A stretch of DNA of 63,431 nucleotides, filler included, from Octopus bimaculoides (lineage: Eukaryota): the NCBI RefSeq assembly GCF_001194135.2. It is 5 parts of 5 records of this genome, joined end to end, with 100 filler letters (N's around TTAATTAATTAA, not from the genome) between each part and the next. Parts side by side here need not be neighbours in the genome. Positions count along the whole stretch, not along the records: positions 57,174 to 63,431 come from NW_026424002.1; 4 more parts are not named here. One strand, 5' to 3'. Of this stretch, positions 63,256 to 63,431 are shown piece after piece. Below the pieces are notes generated by a model. The model saw only the letters and a program-made list of their open reading frames with translations. It had not been told where the DNA came from and searched no databases. The first letter of the stretch is position 1, and every line of letters begins with the position of its first letter. The translations under genes were made by a program, and so were the position numbers.

Positions 63256-63431
63256 TTAAGCCATTAAGGGAGTCGGACTCTTCCCAGACTCAACAAAATT
63301 TGCTTCGACACACGTGTTCATATAAAGAATCTTGCAAACCAGAAGCAAAAGCGAAGCAATATGAGAATATAAGTCAATATATCATTTTATATACACGCAC
63401 ACACACACATATATATATGTACATATATATA

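Noticed and set aside
50131-63431. Additional GABA-B receptor exons (TM1-2, TM4-7)
   Set aside because: Several candidate AG...GT blocks near 50890, 53735, 54317, 57490 and 62968 gave early stops or no similarity when translated by hand.

Overview
AT-rich, microsatellite- and SINE-dense animal DNA. The repeat content suggests a coleoid cephalopod, probably Octopus; this is an inference from remembered repeat families, not a search. The window is not one natural locus. Four identical 100-bp synthetic linkers (N44-TTAATTAATTAA-N44) split it into five segments of decreasing length (21570, 17346, 10812, 7045 and 6258 bp). Segment 1 holds nine internal + strand exons of RBM19 (RRM3 to most of RRM4). 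Segment 2 holds the last five coding exons of UBL7 (UBA domain, stop codon, polyA signal). Segment 3 is mostly decayed transposons: a (TAA)n-embedded R4/Dong-like cluster, a Tigger/pogo remnant, a Gypsy element with one LTR, and mariner. Segment 4 carries one GABA-B receptor (R3-like) TM3/ICL2 exon. Segment 5 has RTE LINE fragments and SINEs. I found no intact novel protein-coding system, CRISPR array or true tRNA/rRNA gene. The most unusual real features are a 289-bp TIR element whose interior is a mixed TTAGGG/TTTAGGG telomere-like array, retroelements that apparently target (TAA)n microsatellites, SINEs built around microsatellites or tandem hairpin modules, and young inverted repeat pairs around RBM19 exons. 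Coordinates were counted by hand, so repeat boundaries are approximate.
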